This document shows positions 50,611-52,494 of a stretch of 52,494 bases of DNA, piece by piece (position 1 is the first letter of the stretch; every line of letters begins with the position of its first letter). Both the position numbers and the translations under genes were made by a program. Below the pieces are notes generated by a model, which saw nothing but the letters and a program-made list of their open reading frames with translations, did not search any database and was not told the origin of the DNA. The DNA is taken from assembly GCA_022562795.1 (NCBI GenBank), contig JADFOP010000010.1, positions 1 to 52,494 of the forward strand, read 5' to 3'. Source of the stretch: Nitrospinota bacterium (GTDB lineage: Bacteria; JADFOP01).

Positions 50611-52161
50611 ATGGGTAATTTCTTAATCATCCATCGTGGCCCAAATTCCCTTTCCAAGGCGTTAAAGGGACAGCCTTCCTATAAGACCATCCCAGCGGAC
50701 AGAAGACTCACATCATGGGTCTTTGCTGCCCTGGCAGGCCTTATGCTCCTTGGGCCCTTCACCGCAAACGCCCAATCCCTCAAGCTCCAAGACGGGCTGC
50801 TCCTCGAAGAGCAGGCAGCTCCGATCCAGATTAATATCACCTTCGGAAAGAGCAAGGTCCTCGATAGCACCGAGACCATTCTGCGCGTGAGCGTCACCGA
50901 TACCAAGGTGGCGGATGTCGTCATCATCTCGCCGCACCAGGTCCTCATCAACGGCAAGCGCGCAGGCTCGACCAGCCTTATTATCTGGAAGGAAGATGGC
51001 ACCCACAACGTTTTCGATCTCTGGATAACCCCGAACGTTGAGCTCGTCCGGGAGCGGCTGGATCATTTGTTGCCGAACCAAGACATTGAAGTAGACGCAG
51101 ACCGGGACAAGATTGTGCTCTCCGGCGAAGTGTTCGACATCGAGACCATGGAGAGAGTCATCTCGGTTGTAAAGCCCCATTCTCCTGAATTTATCAACCT
51201 CATGAAGATCAAAGGCCCCCAGCAGGTCCAGCTCCAGGTCCGCATCGCCCTTGTTAGCAGGCCGGCTCTCAGGGAGGCGGGCATCTCCTTCTCCGGGGCG
51301 CGACGGGACGAAGCTGCGGGATTTGTCGACGCGCCGGGCTCCGGTGTCACCGAATTTCTCACCGGCATAAGCCCCGTCATCCCGCCTAGCCCTTTGTTCG
51401 CGGCCTTCCCCGGCGGCTTCGGCCTGTTGCTCTCGCTCTCCAGCGCCGCCCTGGATGACCAGGCCTCGGTCGCGACCTTCCTTAGCCTCTTAGAAAGCCA
51501 GGGCTTCGCCAAGACCCTTGCCGAGCCGACCCTCGTCGCTTTGAGCGGCCAGACAGCCTCCTTCCTCTCCGGCGGGGAGTTTCCCGTAGCCATCGTCACA
51601 GACGATAATATTGACATCGAATTTAAGCCTTTCGGCGTGAGATTGGACTTCACCCCAACAGTGCTCGCCGACGAGACTATCTGGCTCAAAGTGGCGCCCG
51701 AGGTCAGCGAGGTTGACTTCACTCTCGGGACGGAAGCGGCGGTGCTGACGGTACCGGGCCTCAAAGCCCAGCGGGCCGAAACGACCATTATGCTCAAGGA
51801 CGGCCAGACCTTCGTCATCGCCGGCCTTCTGCAAGACAAGATAGACAGCCAAATCCAAAAGATCCCAATCCTCGGCAGCATTCCTATCCTCGGGGCGCTC
51901 TTCCGCCAGGTGCGCCACAGCCGTACGGAGACCGAACTGCTCATTGCTGTGACTCCCCGGCTTGTCAAACCTCTTGGTCCCAAAGAGGTTATCCCCATGC
52001 CGGGCGACGAGGCCGTCTACGACCCCAATGATTTCGAGCTATTTCTCCTCGGCAAGCTGACCCACACAGAGCTAGGCAAGAAGTCAAAGGAACAGAAGGC
52101 CATGAATGAGTTCCTAAAGTCCCAGGCGGGACCTGGCGGGTACTTGGGGTTCATCAGATGA
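50611..52161 (+). CDS. cpaC: Tad pilus secretin CpaC/RcpA
   Basis: Signal peptide, GKRAGSTSLIIW, QQVQLQVRI, LAEPTLVALSGQTASFLSGGEFP, KIPILGSIPILGALFR, ETELLIAVTP; start uncertain. Confidence 0.92.
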   Translation: MGNFLIIHRGPNSLSKALKGQPSYKTIPADRRLTSWVFAALAGLMLLGPFTANAQSLKLQDGLLLEEQAAPIQINITFGKSKVLDSTETILRVSVTDTKVADVVIISPHQVLINGKRAGSTSLIIWKEDGTHNVFDLWITPNVELVRERLDHLLPNQDIEVDADRDKIVLSGEVFDIETMERVISVVKPHSPEFINLMKIKGPQQVQLQVRIALVSRPALREAGISFSGARRDEAAGFVDAPGSGVTEFLTGISPVIPPSPLFAAFPGGFGLLLSLSSAALDDQASVATFLSLLESQGFAKTLAEPTLVALSGQTASFLSGGEFPVAIVTDDNIDIEFKPFGVRLDFTPTVLADETIWLKVAPEVSEVDFTLGTEAAVLTVPGLKAQRAETTIMLKDGQTFVIAGLLQDKIDSQIQKIPILGSIPILGALFRQVRHSRTETELLIAVTPRLVKPLGPKEVIPMPGDEAVYDPNDFELFLLGKLTHTELGKKSKEQKAMNEFLKSQAGPGGYLGFIR

Positions 52162-52494
52162 GGACGGAAGAGGTGAAAGGTAGTGTGTATCGGGCCGCGA
52201 GCTGCCTCATAGCCTTAGCCCTCGTCGGCGGGTGCGCCTCGAAGCCCAAGAGTGCTTTGAACTCGCGCCCTTCGCCCTCTCCCAACAGGCTGGACCTCAC
52301 CGACATCAGGTCTTACGGTCGGGACCTCAAGCACAAGGGCATCGTCAACAAGCAGCTGGTTGGCTACCTGGTGGGCACTCGCCAGTACGTCCTGGCGCTG
52401 AAACACACCGAGACGCTGCTTAAAAAGGACTCCAATGACGCCGAGCTTCACTTCCTCAAAGGCTACGCCCTCCGGGAGCTAGGCCGCTATGAGG
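52158..52494 (+). CDS. TPR lipoprotein, TadD/CpaO pilotin-like, 3' end outside window
   Basis: Hand translation: lipobox LVGGC, then DSNDAELHFLKGYALRELGRYE TPR motif; ATG overlaps the secretin stop. Confidence 0.75.
   Translation, partial: MRTEEVKGSVYRAASCLIALALVGGCASKPKSALNSRPSPSPNRLDLTDIRSYGRDLKHKGIVNKQLVGYLVGTRQYVLALKHTETLLKKDSNDAELHFLKGYALRELGRYE

Overview
A GC-rich bacterial chromosomal window (probably diderm, given the secretin and sigma54 promoters) with about 45 recognisable genes and two tRNAs. From left to right it holds: (1) an electrophile/oxidant-stress locus (nemA-type Old Yellow Enzyme, TetR/NemR-like repressor with two matching operators, RclA/MerA-like flavoprotein) containing gene stubs and an out-of-frame FecR'/'capD fusion; (2) AKR-HAD-Nudix, a ClC-CBS transporter and a DUF3568-like lipoprotein; (3) an AT-rich alternative complex III (act) operon lacking a standard actE but led by a polytopic membrane cytochrome c, downstream of tRNA-fMet; (4) housekeeping genes ftsB, eno, hemL, mtnP, asd, leuB, leuCD and a sigma54-driven CBS gene; (5) a two-subunit indolepyruvate:ferredoxin oxidoreductase; (6) a sufR-sufCBD cluster with no sufS, followed by a rhodanese, DPS-like ferritin, two ferredoxins, SufU and a ChdC/Cld-family heme protein; (7) nadA, divergent from a B12-radical SAM gene preceded by a ~300-nt highly structured leader; (8) tRNA-Leu and a Tad/Flp pilus locus with four tandem TadG-like genes, each preceded by a copy of the tadE 3' end, one carrying a 69-bp in-frame repeat of the prepilin cleavage site. 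No CRISPR array, integrase or transposase was seen. All calls come from motif recognition by eye; no database searches were run.
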